Shown: piece by piece, positions 18,729-27,570 of the stretch
How positions within the stretch are numbered: position 1 is the first letter of the stretch
How the letters are laid out: every line of letters begins with the position of its first letter
NCBI GenBank assembly: GCA_900317715.1
Contig: ONHS01000015.1
Location: forward strand, 9,020-73,019
Reading direction: 5' to 3'
From: an uncultured Bacteroidales bacterium
Lineage (GTDB): Bacteria; Bacteroidota; Bacteroidia; Bacteroidales; WCHB1-69
DNA length: 64,000 nt
Notes under the pieces: generated by a model
Database searches by the model: none
Told to the model about the DNA's origin: nothing
What the model saw: only the letters and a program-made list of their open reading frames with translations
Position numbers and translations under genes: made by a program

Positions 18729-18780
18729 ACTTTGAACTTTGAACTTTGAACTTTGAACTTTGACTTTGACTTTGAACTTT
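18710..18780. repeat. Heptamer array 5 (TTGAACT x7 + variants)
   Basis: Seven perfect ttgaact units from 18711, then ttgact x2, ttgaact; provides maf stop codon. Confidence 0.95.
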
Positions 18781-18805
18781 GCTGCTGGTCACTAACCGTC
18801 AACCA

Positions 18806-21205
18806 TTAAAAAGCGTATCCAATTGCCAGTTTCAGCCCATCGAATATCCGGTAACGGTGCGGTTGGTTGAACCAATCCATATTAATGACAGGGCCACCAT
18901 GAAGGTCATCGCGCGAAGGATCAAATATCGGTACAGCAAAATCCACGCGAATCACAAAGAAATTCAGGTCTAAGCGCAAACCAACGCCCACATCCACCGC
19001 GATTTCCTTAAAGAAACGATCGAAAGCAAAATCAGCACCCGGCATATCGGCTTCCTTTCGTGCGAGCCAAATATTACCGGCATCCACGAACAGACCATAT
19101 TTGAGCGACCGGTACAAAGTGCCTCGGTACTCGATGTTGAACTCCATCTTGACTTCGCCGGTATAGAGCGTATCCATATCATGCTTATAACTACCCGGTC
19201 CCAATCCACGATAGCTCCAACCACGCATGCTGTTGCTTGTTCCCACATAAAATCCCTTGTCGTATGGGATGTAAGAACCTTTATCCAGCGGAATCATCAC
19301 GCCCATATCCGCCCGCATGGCCAAAGCGTTGTTATTATTGATGGTATAGGTATAATTCCACAGTATCTCCATCTTTTCAAAGGTAGTGTAATTATAACCG
19401 ATACTATCCAGTTTGTTCTTGCTCAGCACCCATCGCTCATTCGGGGAGATAATCGCATTCAACCCTTTCAACAGCAAACCCGACGACTCCAAATTCACCG
19501 TCAAGTGCATATTGTGTTTTCTGGTCTCCATCAACTTGGGTACCAAGAAGTTAAAAGAGAATTTGGTCGAAAGCAGGAAGAACTTGCCAAATTTATTTTG
19601 ATAAGACAATGGGTAATCATCATAATTGAGCAACCTCGAATAACGCTTGTCGTTATTGTTAATCGTGCTGACATCTATCGGACTTAAACTATAAGAGAAA
19701 AAGTTAGACGGCATCCATTTATACGTAAGGCTGGCGTTGTACATCAAACGACGATAGACACCCGAATAATTGACGCCCGCCGAAATAGAGGTGACTCTGC
19801 TGATCGAATTCTCGTCTAGATGGCGATCGAAAAGGAACAATCGGTTTGGAATATCCAGCGTGGCTGAAAAACCGAACTCAGGATAAGAATAGGCTTTGTT
19901 GTTCTTGAACAAATTGTTCAGTGAATAATAGAAATAGCCACCAGACAAGTTAATCGTCAGATGTTCAGCACCTTTGAAAAGGTTTCGATTCATATAAGTC
20001 AGGGAGATGTCCGATTTGTCATTACGAAGTTCCAACTGACCTCCCACGCTATGCTGTTTCTTGCGGACCAATCGGTAAATCGCATCCAAATAACCCACTT
20101 TCTTAACCGTATCCAGAAGCGCACTATTCTCCTGAAACGTAATGCTTATATAATCAAAATTGTCGAGGCTTTGCAATGCACGGCTGCTCTGTGCACGAGA
20201 CAACTGAGAATAAGTATTGCCCGTACGAGTAAAGATCGAGTTAGCCAACACCTTCTTAGAGAAGTACTTATGAGTAGGAGAACCCTTGTAAAGCGTACCT
20301 ATGAAATAATAATTCGCGGTATCGGTATTAGATTTCCATTGGTAATAAGCGGTATCATATTCGAAATCCACTCCCGCCATCTGCTGTAAATCAGCATTCA
20401 CGTAAATGTTGTTGAAGTAATATTTATAGAGATAACGGGACGTATTCTCATTCTGAGGGATATTCATTACAATCGTCAGTTGCACCGATCGTGGATCATT
20501 GCCAAGGCTATCCACGGGATCGTATGCCACATCACAACGGATGATAGACTTTTCCACGTAATAATAGCCTTCATTGCGTATGAGGTTGATTATTCGAGTC
20601 AATTCATTCGTGATTATCTCCTCATTATACTGCATCCCAGGGTGAAGCAGCGTCTCTTTCTGGTTAATCACCACAATACGTTTATATTCGTAAATGGGGA
20701 TATCATAATTCACCTGACTGATCGTGTATGGTTCTCTTGCAGTCACATAGTATTCGACCTTAGCCTTTTTAGCCTTGTTCCCGATGAATATCACCTGATA
20801 ATCCACCGAGGCATCAAAATAGCCCAACTGTTTCATCACAATTTTCAGCTGGTCGGTGGAATTGACGATAGCCGCGCTGTCTAACAAGGCAGGTTCCTCC
20901 CCCATCTTCTCGCGCAAGAATTTCTTGAACTTGCTGTCTTTCAGTTCTCCATTCTTATCGTATGTTGGCCTTCCCCAATCATAGAACACCGTTTTAACAC
21001 GGAAAAGATCCAGGAATTTAGTATTGGTCACGGGTCTCACATAGGATTTGAGATTGTCGAAATCAGGATTTTTGGCATCCTGCACTTTCACCTCGTTCTT
21101 CACAACCATCGTTTGCCCCTCAGGAAGATGCTGGACGGAGCTACATGATGCCATAAGCAAGACGCTTATAAACAACAAGATATAAGTTCCTTTGCTAAAT
21201 TTCAC
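18806..21205 (-). CDS. Omp85 (BamA/TamA-family) outer-membrane protein
   Basis: C-terminal beta-barrel ending LKLAIGYAF; signal/lipobox LLFISVLLMASC; start set at GTG 21205 (overlaps mreD stop) because the longer ORF to 21322 overlaps mreD; start uncertain. Confidence 0.7.
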   Translation of the reverse strand: MKFSKGTYILLFISVLLMASCSSVQHLPEGQTMVVKNEVKVQDAKNPDFDNLKSYVRPVTNTKFLDLFRVKTVFYDWGRPTYDKNGELKDSKFKKFLREKMGEEPALLDSAAIVNSTDQLKIVMKQLGYFDASVDYQVIFIGNKAKKAKVEYYVTAREPYTISQVNYDIPIYEYKRIVVINQKETLLHPGMQYNEEIITNELTRIINLIRNEGYYYVEKSIIRCDVAYDPVDSLGNDPRSVQLTIVMNIPQNENTSRYLYKYYFNNIYVNADLQQMAGVDFEYDTAYYQWKSNTDTANYYFIGTLYKGSPTHKYFSKKVLANSIFTRTGNTYSQLSRAQSSRALQSLDNFDYISITFQENSALLDTVKKVGYLDAIYRLVRKKQHSVGGQLELRNDKSDISLTYMNRNLFKGAEHLTINLSGGYFYYSLNNLFKNNKAYSYPEFGFSATLDIPNRLFLFDRHLDENSISRVTSISAGVNYSGVYRRLMYNASLTYKWMPSNFFSYSLSPIDVSTINNNDKRYSRLLNYDDYPLSYQNKFGKFFLLSTKFSFNFLVPKLMETRKHNMHLTVNLESSGLLLKGLNAIISPNERWVLSKNKLDSIGYNYTTFEKMEILWNYTYTINNNNALAMRADMGVMIPLDKGSYIPYDKGFYVGTSNSMRGWSYRGLGPGSYKHDMDTLYTGEVKMEFNIEYRGTLYRSLKYGLFVDAGNIWLARKEADMPGADFAFDRFFKEIAVDVGVGLRLDLNFFVIRVDFAVPIFDPSRDDLHGGPVINMDWFNQPHRYRIFDGLKLAIGYAF

Positions 21206-21719
21206 CTTTCGAATGAGAGTGGAAAATGTATTCGACACACAAAATAACAAAAACGGAGAAGAGCGTATTTCCGAGTATGACCAACAGAGTGTGGCCAAAA
21301 TTCCGGAACGACATAGTTTCAAGCAAAACAGAGGTCAACTGATACAAAGAGGTTAAGATCAACGTATATAAGAAAACCCACCGGAAGTCCTTCGCTCCGG
21401 GTTCCGGGCGGTCAATATTCTCAAATTTGACATTGTTACTGCCATTCAGCCAATGCGCGACGTAGGGGCGCACGAACATCATCAGCGTGCAGGCGAAAGA
21501 AGAGACACCCAGCGTATGTGCAAAAGCATCCACCACAAAACCGGTGGCGAAACCGATGAAATATTGCAACGACAGAGGCAATTCCAGCGGCAAGAGGAAC
21601 AAGGCCAACAGGAAGAGTGCCGGGGTCATGTAGCCGAACAGACATATATGCTGACATACAATCACTTGTACAATCAGCAATATCAAAAAGCGCAATATAT
21701 TAGCTATAATGTTATTCAT
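21195..21719 (-). CDS. mreD: Rod shape-determining protein MreD
   Basis: 174-aa multi-TM ORF immediately after mreC with 8-nt overlap. Confidence 0.75.
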   Translation of the reverse strand: MNNIIANILRFLILLIVQVIVCQHICLFGYMTPALFLLALFLLPLELPLSLQYFIGFATGFVVDAFAHTLGVSSFACTLMMFVRPYVAHWLNGSNNVKFENIDRPEPGAKDFRWVFLYTLILTSLYQLTSVLLETMSFRNFGHTLLVILGNTLFSVFVILCVEYIFHSHSKGEI

Positions 21720-22560
21720 TCTTGAAGTTCGCTTTTAGTGAGTCTAGTTCTGCTTTGAAGGTATTTTCAACCAAATAAACGGTATAAATATCCGTATATG
21801 GGGTGGCCAAGTTGATTTTGATGGTCAAGAAACTGGCGTTGTTGCCCACCTGCACCTCCTTGACAGTGCCGATGAACAGTCCTTTGGGGAAAATGTTGGA
21901 GAATCCGTTGGTAAAGACGGAGTCTCCGATGTTGATTTCGGAGTGTTGTGGGATGGCTTCGAGGTAAGCCACGCGCGGGTCGTTATCCTCCCAAATGACC
22001 GTACCGTTCTGGTTGGCGGGGGTGACCACCGCGCTGATACGTGACTCGGGGTGGAGAATCGGGCGCACCGTGGCAAAATTCGGGGAAACGTCGGTGACGA
22101 CCCCCGCCACGCCCTGGGGCGACAGGACCGCCATGTCACGGGTAATGCCGTCCTTAGAGCCCTTGTCCACAATCATGTAATTGAACGCACGGTCCGTGGT
22201 TCTGAAAATCACGTGCGCATACGTGTAATCATACAGGCGCACACGTTTCGTATTCGTCGAGTCCGGCATGCTCATCTCAGTCAGGATCGTGTCCTCCTTG
22301 ACGATGAACATGTTCTCTTGCTCGCGCAGCAGTTGGATGTTTTGCTGTACCAGCGCCTCGTTCTCCGGACCCAAATGGAAACGGTGTATCATACTCCTTC
22401 CGCTCTTCTGAATCGGCCCCACGACGCTTTGCACTGCTCTTGACAGTCGGTAATCGTTGAATGCCAACGATTTACCCAGCATCACGACGCTCAGAATCAG
22501 AAGAACGGCGAGTACGATAATATGAAATGCCCTTTTGAAAAATTCAATAAGATTATTCAT
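21712..22560 (-). CDS. mreC: Rod shape-determining protein MreC
   Basis: 282 aa; N-terminal TM, coiled region, GITRDMAVLSPQGVAGVVTDVSPNFATV... beta-barrel domain pattern. Confidence 0.85.
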   Translation of the reverse strand: MNNLIEFFKRAFHIIVLAVLLILSVVMLGKSLAFNDYRLSRAVQSVVGPIQKSGRSMIHRFHLGPENEALVQQNIQLLREQENMFIVKEDTILTEMSMPDSTNTKRVRLYDYTYAHVIFRTTDRAFNYMIVDKGSKDGITRDMAVLSPQGVAGVVTDVSPNFATVRPILHPESRISAVVTPANQNGTVIWEDNDPRVAYLEAIPQHSEINIGDSVFTNGFSNIFPKGLFIGTVKEVQVGNNASFLTIKINLATPYTDIYTVYLVENTFKAELDSLKANFKNE

Positions 22561-22575
22561 CAGGCAGGGAGTAAA

Positions 22576-23154
22576 CTATTTCTTTTCAGCGAGTTCGCGA
22601 CCAGCCTTCATGCAGGCGAGATTCACGTTCACGATATCTTCACCTTTGCGGGCGAAGTTCTCGCGCACAGCATTCTCGATTTCCTCGTAAGGCAGTTGCA
22701 AATACGGAGAAGCGGCACCCAAAATCACCATGTTGGAGCTACGGGCGGAGCCGAGATCCTTGGCGATTTGGTCGGCGTTGATAGCCACGCAGTTCTGCAC
22801 CTTGGCCAACTCCGCTTTCAAAGCGTCGAAGTCGGGATAGTTCGGGATGTTCACGAAAGGTTGGTCGTTGGTGATCAACCAGCCGTCCTTCTTCAGCCAC
22901 GGCAGATAACGCAGTGACTCCATGGGCTCCACGGAGATGATCATGTCGGCCTTGCCAAGCGGAATCAGGTCGGAAGCGATGGGTTGGTCGGAGAGACGGA
23001 AATGGGACTGCACATCGCCGCCGCGCTGGCTCATGCCGTGCACTTCAGCCTGTTTCATGTACATTCCTCTTTTGATGGCGGCCGCACCTACGATGGTGGC
23101 GATGGAGAGGATACCCTGGCCGCCTACACCTGCTAATATTATATCGATTTTCAT
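22576..23154 (-). CDS. iorB: Indolepyruvate:ferredoxin oxidoreductase beta subunit
   Basis: MKIDIILAGVGGQGILS... gamma-type POR fold; upstream 29 codons of raw ORF are array read-through, start placed at ATG 23154. Confidence 0.8.
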   Translation of the reverse strand: MKIDIILAGVGGQGILSIATIVGAAAIKRGMYMKQAEVHGMSQRGGDVQSHFRLSDQPIASDLIPLGKADMIISVEPMESLRYLPWLKKDGWLITNDQPFVNIPNYPDFDALKAELAKVQNCVAINADQIAKDLGSARSSNMVILGAASPYLQLPYEEIENAVRENFARKGEDIVNVNLACMKAGRELAEKK

Positions 23155-23189
23155 TTTATTTCTTGTTTTTTGTTTGTTTTTATTTTGAT

Positions 23190-23325
23190 GTTTGACGTAA
23201 GACGTTTGACTTGTGAATTGTGATTCGAGACTTGAGATCATCGAAATCTTATGAGATTTTAATTATGATCAAAAATCACACATCACACGTCATAAATCAT
23301 ACGTCATACGTCGCACGTCATACAT
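23190..23325. repeat. Heptamer array 6 with inverted arms, between iorA and iorB
   Basis: gtttgac gtaagac gtttgac ttgtgaa ttgtgat tcgagac ttgagat ... aatcaca catcaca cgtcata aatcata cgtcata cgtcgca cgtcata; ~19.5 units in one register. Confidence 0.9.
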
Positions 23326-24933
23326 CTATTTCTTCGCAGCCTGTTGTTTTTTCATTCTGCGGCTGAGGGTCTGGATACATTCGCGGGTCGGGATGATCAC
23401 GGAAACGCCTTGGTATTCAAGCTCTTTCTCGATGATGGCCACGTTTTCTTCCAGATGACCCTTCAGCGGGTTGATGCGGTGGATGTGGTCTTCCTTCACG
23501 CCGAGGCCCTTGCAGATTTCGCCAAGGACACCGAGGGCGTGGGAATCCTGACCGCCGGTCATACCAGTGGTGCTGTTGTCGAGAATCAACACCGTGATGG
23601 GGGTGTTCTCGTAGATGGCATCCAACAGGGAGGTCATACCGCTGTGGGTGAAGGTGGAGTCGCCGATGACTGCCACGCACGGGCTGAGGCCAGCGTCAGC
23701 AGCACCCTTGGCCATGGTGATGGAAGCACCCATATCGACCGTGGTGTAGATGGCGTTGTAAGGAGGAAGCGCACCGAGGGTGTAGCAACCGATGTCGGAG
23801 AAGACTTTGCCCTTGCCGTGTTTCTCCATCGCCTTGTTGAGGGCGGTATAGGAGTCGATGTGCGGGCAACCCACGCACAATGCGGGCGGACGCGGAACAA
23901 CCAGTTCCGGGACGGGTGCGCCGTAGGTGTCGGGCAGACCGAGGGCCTTGGCCACGAGGTTCGGGTTGAGTTCGCCGTCGCGAGGCAGTTCGCCGCTCAA
24001 ACGACCCATGATGTTGCCGGTGCGGTTCAGCACGCCACGGACTTGCTCTTCGATGAAAGGATAACCCTCTTCGGCGATGAGCACCTTGCCACATTCGTCA
24101 ATCATCTTGGCGATGAGCTTGGTAGGCAGCGGGTATTGGGAAATCTTCAACACAGGATAAGGACATTTGCCGCCTTCGAAATTCTCCATCAGGTAGTTGT
24201 ATGCGATACCGGAAGCGATGATACCCATGCTCTTGTCGGCACCGTCGATGTATTTGTTGAACGGAGAATTGAGAGAATCGTTCTCGAATTCAGGTTGCTT
24301 GTCCAACAGCTTGCGATAGTGCTTGCGAGCGTTGGCGGGCAGCAGGATGAATTGTTTCGGGTCTTTCTCGATGTTGAGCGGGTTTTGCGGACGCTCAGCT
24401 TTGCGTTCCACGCCAGAACGGGAGTGGGAAAGACGGGTGGTGAGGCGGATCAACACGGGGGTGCGGAATTTCTCGGACATCTCGAACGCATAGTAGGTGA
24501 TGTCGTAAGCCTCTTGTTGGTTGGAGGGCTCGAAGCACGGGATGAGGGCGAACTTCGCATAGTAGCGGGAGTCTTGCTCGTCTTGTGAGGAGTGCATGGA
24601 GGGGTCGTCGGCGACCACCACCACGAGACCGCCGTTAGCGCCGGTGATGGAAGAGTTCATGAAGGGGTCGGCAGCCACGTTGAGGCCGACGTGTTTCATG
24701 CAGACCATCGCGCGTTTGCCCGCGTAGGACATGCCGATAGCAGACTCCATAGCGGTTTTCTCGTTGCCAGCCCAGATGCTGTGCACCTCGCCAGCCTTGC
24801 CTTGCTTGGAGTTCTGGATAAATTCGGTAATTTCAGTGGAAGGAGTGCCCGGATAGGCATACACTCCGGATAATCCGGCATCCAAAGCGGCCTGAGCCAC
24901 CGCCTCGTCGCCTAAAAACAATGCTTTTGACAT
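23326..24933 (-). CDS. iorA: Indolepyruvate:ferredoxin oxidoreductase alpha subunit
   Basis: 535 aa TPP enzyme; GDSTFTHSG TPP motif, CVGCPH cluster region. Confidence 0.85.
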   Translation of the reverse strand: MSKALFLGDEAVAQAALDAGLSGVYAYPGTPSTEITEFIQNSKQGKAGEVHSIWAGNEKTAMESAIGMSYAGKRAMVCMKHVGLNVAADPFMNSSITGANGGLVVVVADDPSMHSSQDEQDSRYYAKFALIPCFEPSNQQEAYDITYYAFEMSEKFRTPVLIRLTTRLSHSRSGVERKAERPQNPLNIEKDPKQFILLPANARKHYRKLLDKQPEFENDSLNSPFNKYIDGADKSMGIIASGIAYNYLMENFEGGKCPYPVLKISQYPLPTKLIAKMIDECGKVLIAEEGYPFIEEQVRGVLNRTGNIMGRLSGELPRDGELNPNLVAKALGLPDTYGAPVPELVVPRPPALCVGCPHIDSYTALNKAMEKHGKGKVFSDIGCYTLGALPPYNAIYTTVDMGASITMAKGAADAGLSPCVAVIGDSTFTHSGMTSLLDAIYENTPITVLILDNSTTGMTGGQDSHALGVLGEICKGLGVKEDHIHRINPLKGHLEENVAIIEKELEYQGVSVIIPTRECIQTLSRRMKKQQAAKK

Positions 24934-24992
24934 AATCTATAGTACTTTATTGTTTGTATATTAATGATTTAAGTTCTTTAATATTTAATCCG

Positions 24993-25000
24993 CAAAAGTA
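24993..25000 (-). promoter_or_regulatory. -7 box TACTTTTG for iorA
   Basis: Minus-strand ttttttGTACTTTTGcg, ~60 nt upstream of iorA ATG. Confidence 0.5.
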
Positions 25001-25037
25001 CAAAAAATTATCTTACGCTCGTCTTGCCTAAAATTTG

Positions 25038-25045
25038 TACTTTTG
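25038..25045 (+). promoter_or_regulatory. -7 box TACTTTTG for permease gene
   Basis: aaatttGTACTTTTGcc, divergent from iorA promoter; only ~10 nt before ATG 25056. Confidence 0.4.
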
Positions 25046-25055
25046 CCGCGAAATT

Positions 25056-26066
25056 ATGGGTAAGGAAAAGAGATACTGGATACTGCCGTGCGTGTTGGGT
25101 GCGGTGCTGGTGGTGGCGATGTTGGTGGCTACTAGCATCGGGGTCATCCCCATCCCCATCAAGGTCATACTGCAAAGCATCGGACAGCGGTTCGGGTTCT
25201 TTGGGGATGTCCAAATCGCCGATTATTACCAAGTCACATTATGGCAGCTGCGGATTCCGCGCATCGTGATGAGTGTTTTAGCGGGCGCGGCGTTGGCCAT
25301 TTGCGGTGGTGTTTTCCAGAGCATCTTCCGCAATCCGGTCTGCGATCCCTACATCCTCGGTATTTCTTCGGGAGCGTCGTTGGGAGCAGCCATTGCCTTT
25401 ATCTTGGGCTGGGACGCCCTTCTTTTCGGCATCACTTTGCCCGCACTCGTCACCGCCCTGCTCACCCTGTTCATGATTCTCGGCATCGCCCGACTCAAAG
25501 GCAAGCACAACACGAACACGCTGTTACTCATAGGCATAGCCCTCAACTTTTTCATCTCCGCCATGATCACGTTAATGATCGTGATGAATCAGAAAGAGAT
25601 GCACAAAATTTATTTCTGGACGATGGGCAGTCTCACGCATGTCTCATGGTTCGAGATCGCATGGTTGGTGCCGGTGATGATAGCATGTGTCTGTATTCTG
25701 TTCTACCACTCCAAACATCTGAATATCATGCAAGTGGGGGAAGAGACGGCACAGACGTTAGGGATCAATACCCAGCGCACCACCTACATTGTGCTGATCA
25801 CTTCCTCGGTGCTGATTTCCGTGGTGGTGGCTTTCTGCGGTTCCATCGGTTTCATCGGGCTGATCATGCCACATGTGGCGCGTTTGCTCGTGGGCAGCAA
25901 CAACCGTCGGCTGTTCACCTATTCCCTCTTTTTCGGAGCTTTCTTCCTGCTCATCGCCGACACGCTGGCCCGCACCATCGCCCAACCGGCGGAACTTCCC
26001 GTGGGCAGCATCACCGCATTGGCCGGCGCCCCGTACTTCATTTATCTGGTGATGCGGAAACGGTAA
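25056..26066 (+). CDS. FecCD/BtuC-family ABC transporter permease (iron-siderophore/B12 type)
   Basis: ~336 aa, 9-10 TM; GSIGFIGLIMPHVARLLVG signature; no adjacent ATPase or binding protein. Confidence 0.8.
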   Translation: MGKEKRYWILPCVLGAVLVVAMLVATSIGVIPIPIKVILQSIGQRFGFFGDVQIADYYQVTLWQLRIPRIVMSVLAGAALAICGGVFQSIFRNPVCDPYILGISSGASLGAAIAFILGWDALLFGITLPALVTALLTLFMILGIARLKGKHNTNTLLLIGIALNFFISAMITLMIVMNQKEMHKIYFWTMGSLTHVSWFEIAWLVPVMIACVCILFYHSKHLNIMQVGEETAQTLGINTQRTTYIVLITSSVLISVVVAFCGSIGFIGLIMPHVARLLVGSNNRRLFTYSLFFGAFFLLIADTLARTIAQPAELPVGSITALAGAPYFIYLVMRKR

Positions 26067-26264
26067 TAACAACCAACCATCCTAAAGACGGTTCTTGCAA
26101 CTTCCCTACCCTTAGTTCCACTATTCAAAGGCACCCTGATGGTGTCATTTCTTCCTATTTATTGCCAAAACAACGGTTTTAATTTTAAGTTATATCTGAT
26201 TATCAACGATTTACATTTACTAAAAAATGTTAATTTTGCAGCCGAATTTAAATAGAAATAGCTT

Positions 26265-27395
26265 ATGAAGATTTTATTCGTCATTGATGCCTATTTTACG
26301 CACAACAATGGTACCAGCATATCGGCACAACGATTTGCAGATGAGCTTCGCAAACGCGGACACGAAGTACGAGTACTCACCGCATGCGATGAACAGAAAG
26401 AGAACATTTACAGTTTACCAGAATTGACAATTCCCTTCTTTCAGGGACTGATAAGGAAGCACGGATTCCAATTTGCCAAATGGAAAAGAAAAACAATCCG
26501 AGAAGCGGTAGAATGGGCGGATATCATTCACTGTTTCCTACCTTTCGTGATGGAAGCGAAAGCCAAGAAAGTGGCCGACCAGCTGGGGAAACCTGCGACC
26601 GCAGCATTCCACGTGCAACCTCAAAATATAACATCCAGTCTTGGGACAGGCAAAGTGGATTGGGTCAACAACATGCTTTTCAGGTTATTTAGGAATACCA
26701 CATACAACCATTATGGCCACATACACACGCCGTCACAATTTATGGCAGATGAAATCTCATCACGCGGATATACTGCTAAAATACATCCCATTTCAAATGG
26801 TATTCAGTCGGATTTCAAATGGACCAAACGGCCGAAGGAACCCAAATTTGCCGACAAAATCCTCATCATGATGGTTGGCCGATTGGCCGGGGAGAAACGG
26901 CAAGATCTCCTCATCAACGCGCTGCAGTATTCGAAATATGGCGATAAAATTCAGTTGATTTTTGCCGGAAGAGGGCCAAAATACAAACAATATTACAAGT
27001 TGGGACAGAAACTGAAGAATCCGCCCATTTTTACCTATCTTCCGAAAGAGGATCTGATTAACCAGCTGGCGCAGTGCGACTTATACGTCCATGCTTCAGA
27101 TATGGAATCGGAGGCTATTTCCTGCATTGAGGCTTTCGCCACCGGACTGGTGCCCGTTATCTCTAACAGTAACCTGTCTGCCACCAAACAGTTCGCTTTA
27201 GACGAGCGCAGTCTCTTTGAGGCCGGCGACCCGCAGGATCTCGCACGCGCCATCGACTACTGGCTCGACAACCCGGAAGAGAAGCACAGAATGGAAAAAA
27301 TCTACTCCGAATCCGCCGCAAAGTACAATATCAACAATTCCATCACCCAATTTGAGGCGATGCTGCAAGAGGCGATAGCGGACAACAAAAAATAA
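26265..27395 (+). CDS. Glycosyltransferase family 4 (GT-B), paralogue 1
   Basis: 376 aa; MKILFVIDAYFTHNNGTSISAQRF...; ESEAISCIEAFATGLVPV E-x7-E region. Confidence 0.75.
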   Translation: MKILFVIDAYFTHNNGTSISAQRFADELRKRGHEVRVLTACDEQKENIYSLPELTIPFFQGLIRKHGFQFAKWKRKTIREAVEWADIIHCFLPFVMEAKAKKVADQLGKPATAAFHVQPQNITSSLGTGKVDWVNNMLFRLFRNTTYNHYGHIHTPSQFMADEISSRGYTAKIHPISNGIQSDFKWTKRPKEPKFADKILIMMVGRLAGEKRQDLLINALQYSKYGDKIQLIFAGRGPKYKQYYKLGQKLKNPPIFTYLPKEDLINQLAQCDLYVHASDMESEAISCIEAFATGLVPVISNSNLSATKQFALDERSLFEAGDPQDLARAIDYWLDNPEEKHRMEKIYSESAAKYNINNSITQFEAMLQEAIADNKK

Positions 27396-27570
27396 GGATT
27401 TACTTCTTCTATCTTCATAACAAGAAAATTTGTATCTTCGCAGATTGTTTTTTCAGCCGAAAAGGGCTCTTACTAGTTTATATAACATTCTGACTTACAA
27501 CGCTATAGGATATCAGATCGAATTGACCGAAATCCATTTCGTGCTAAAATTTGTCTGAAAAATTGTTTTT

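Noticed and set aside
24934-25055. Possible cobalamin riboswitch ahead of the BtuC-like permease
   Set aside because: The spacer is only about 120 bp and is occupied by two divergent promoters. No B12-box-like GCCACTG core was seen.
25241-26182. 313-aa ORF overlapping the FecCD permease in another + frame
   Set aside because: Its Arg/His/Pro-rich translation has no motifs, whereas the FecCD frame has clear TM periodicity and a family signature.
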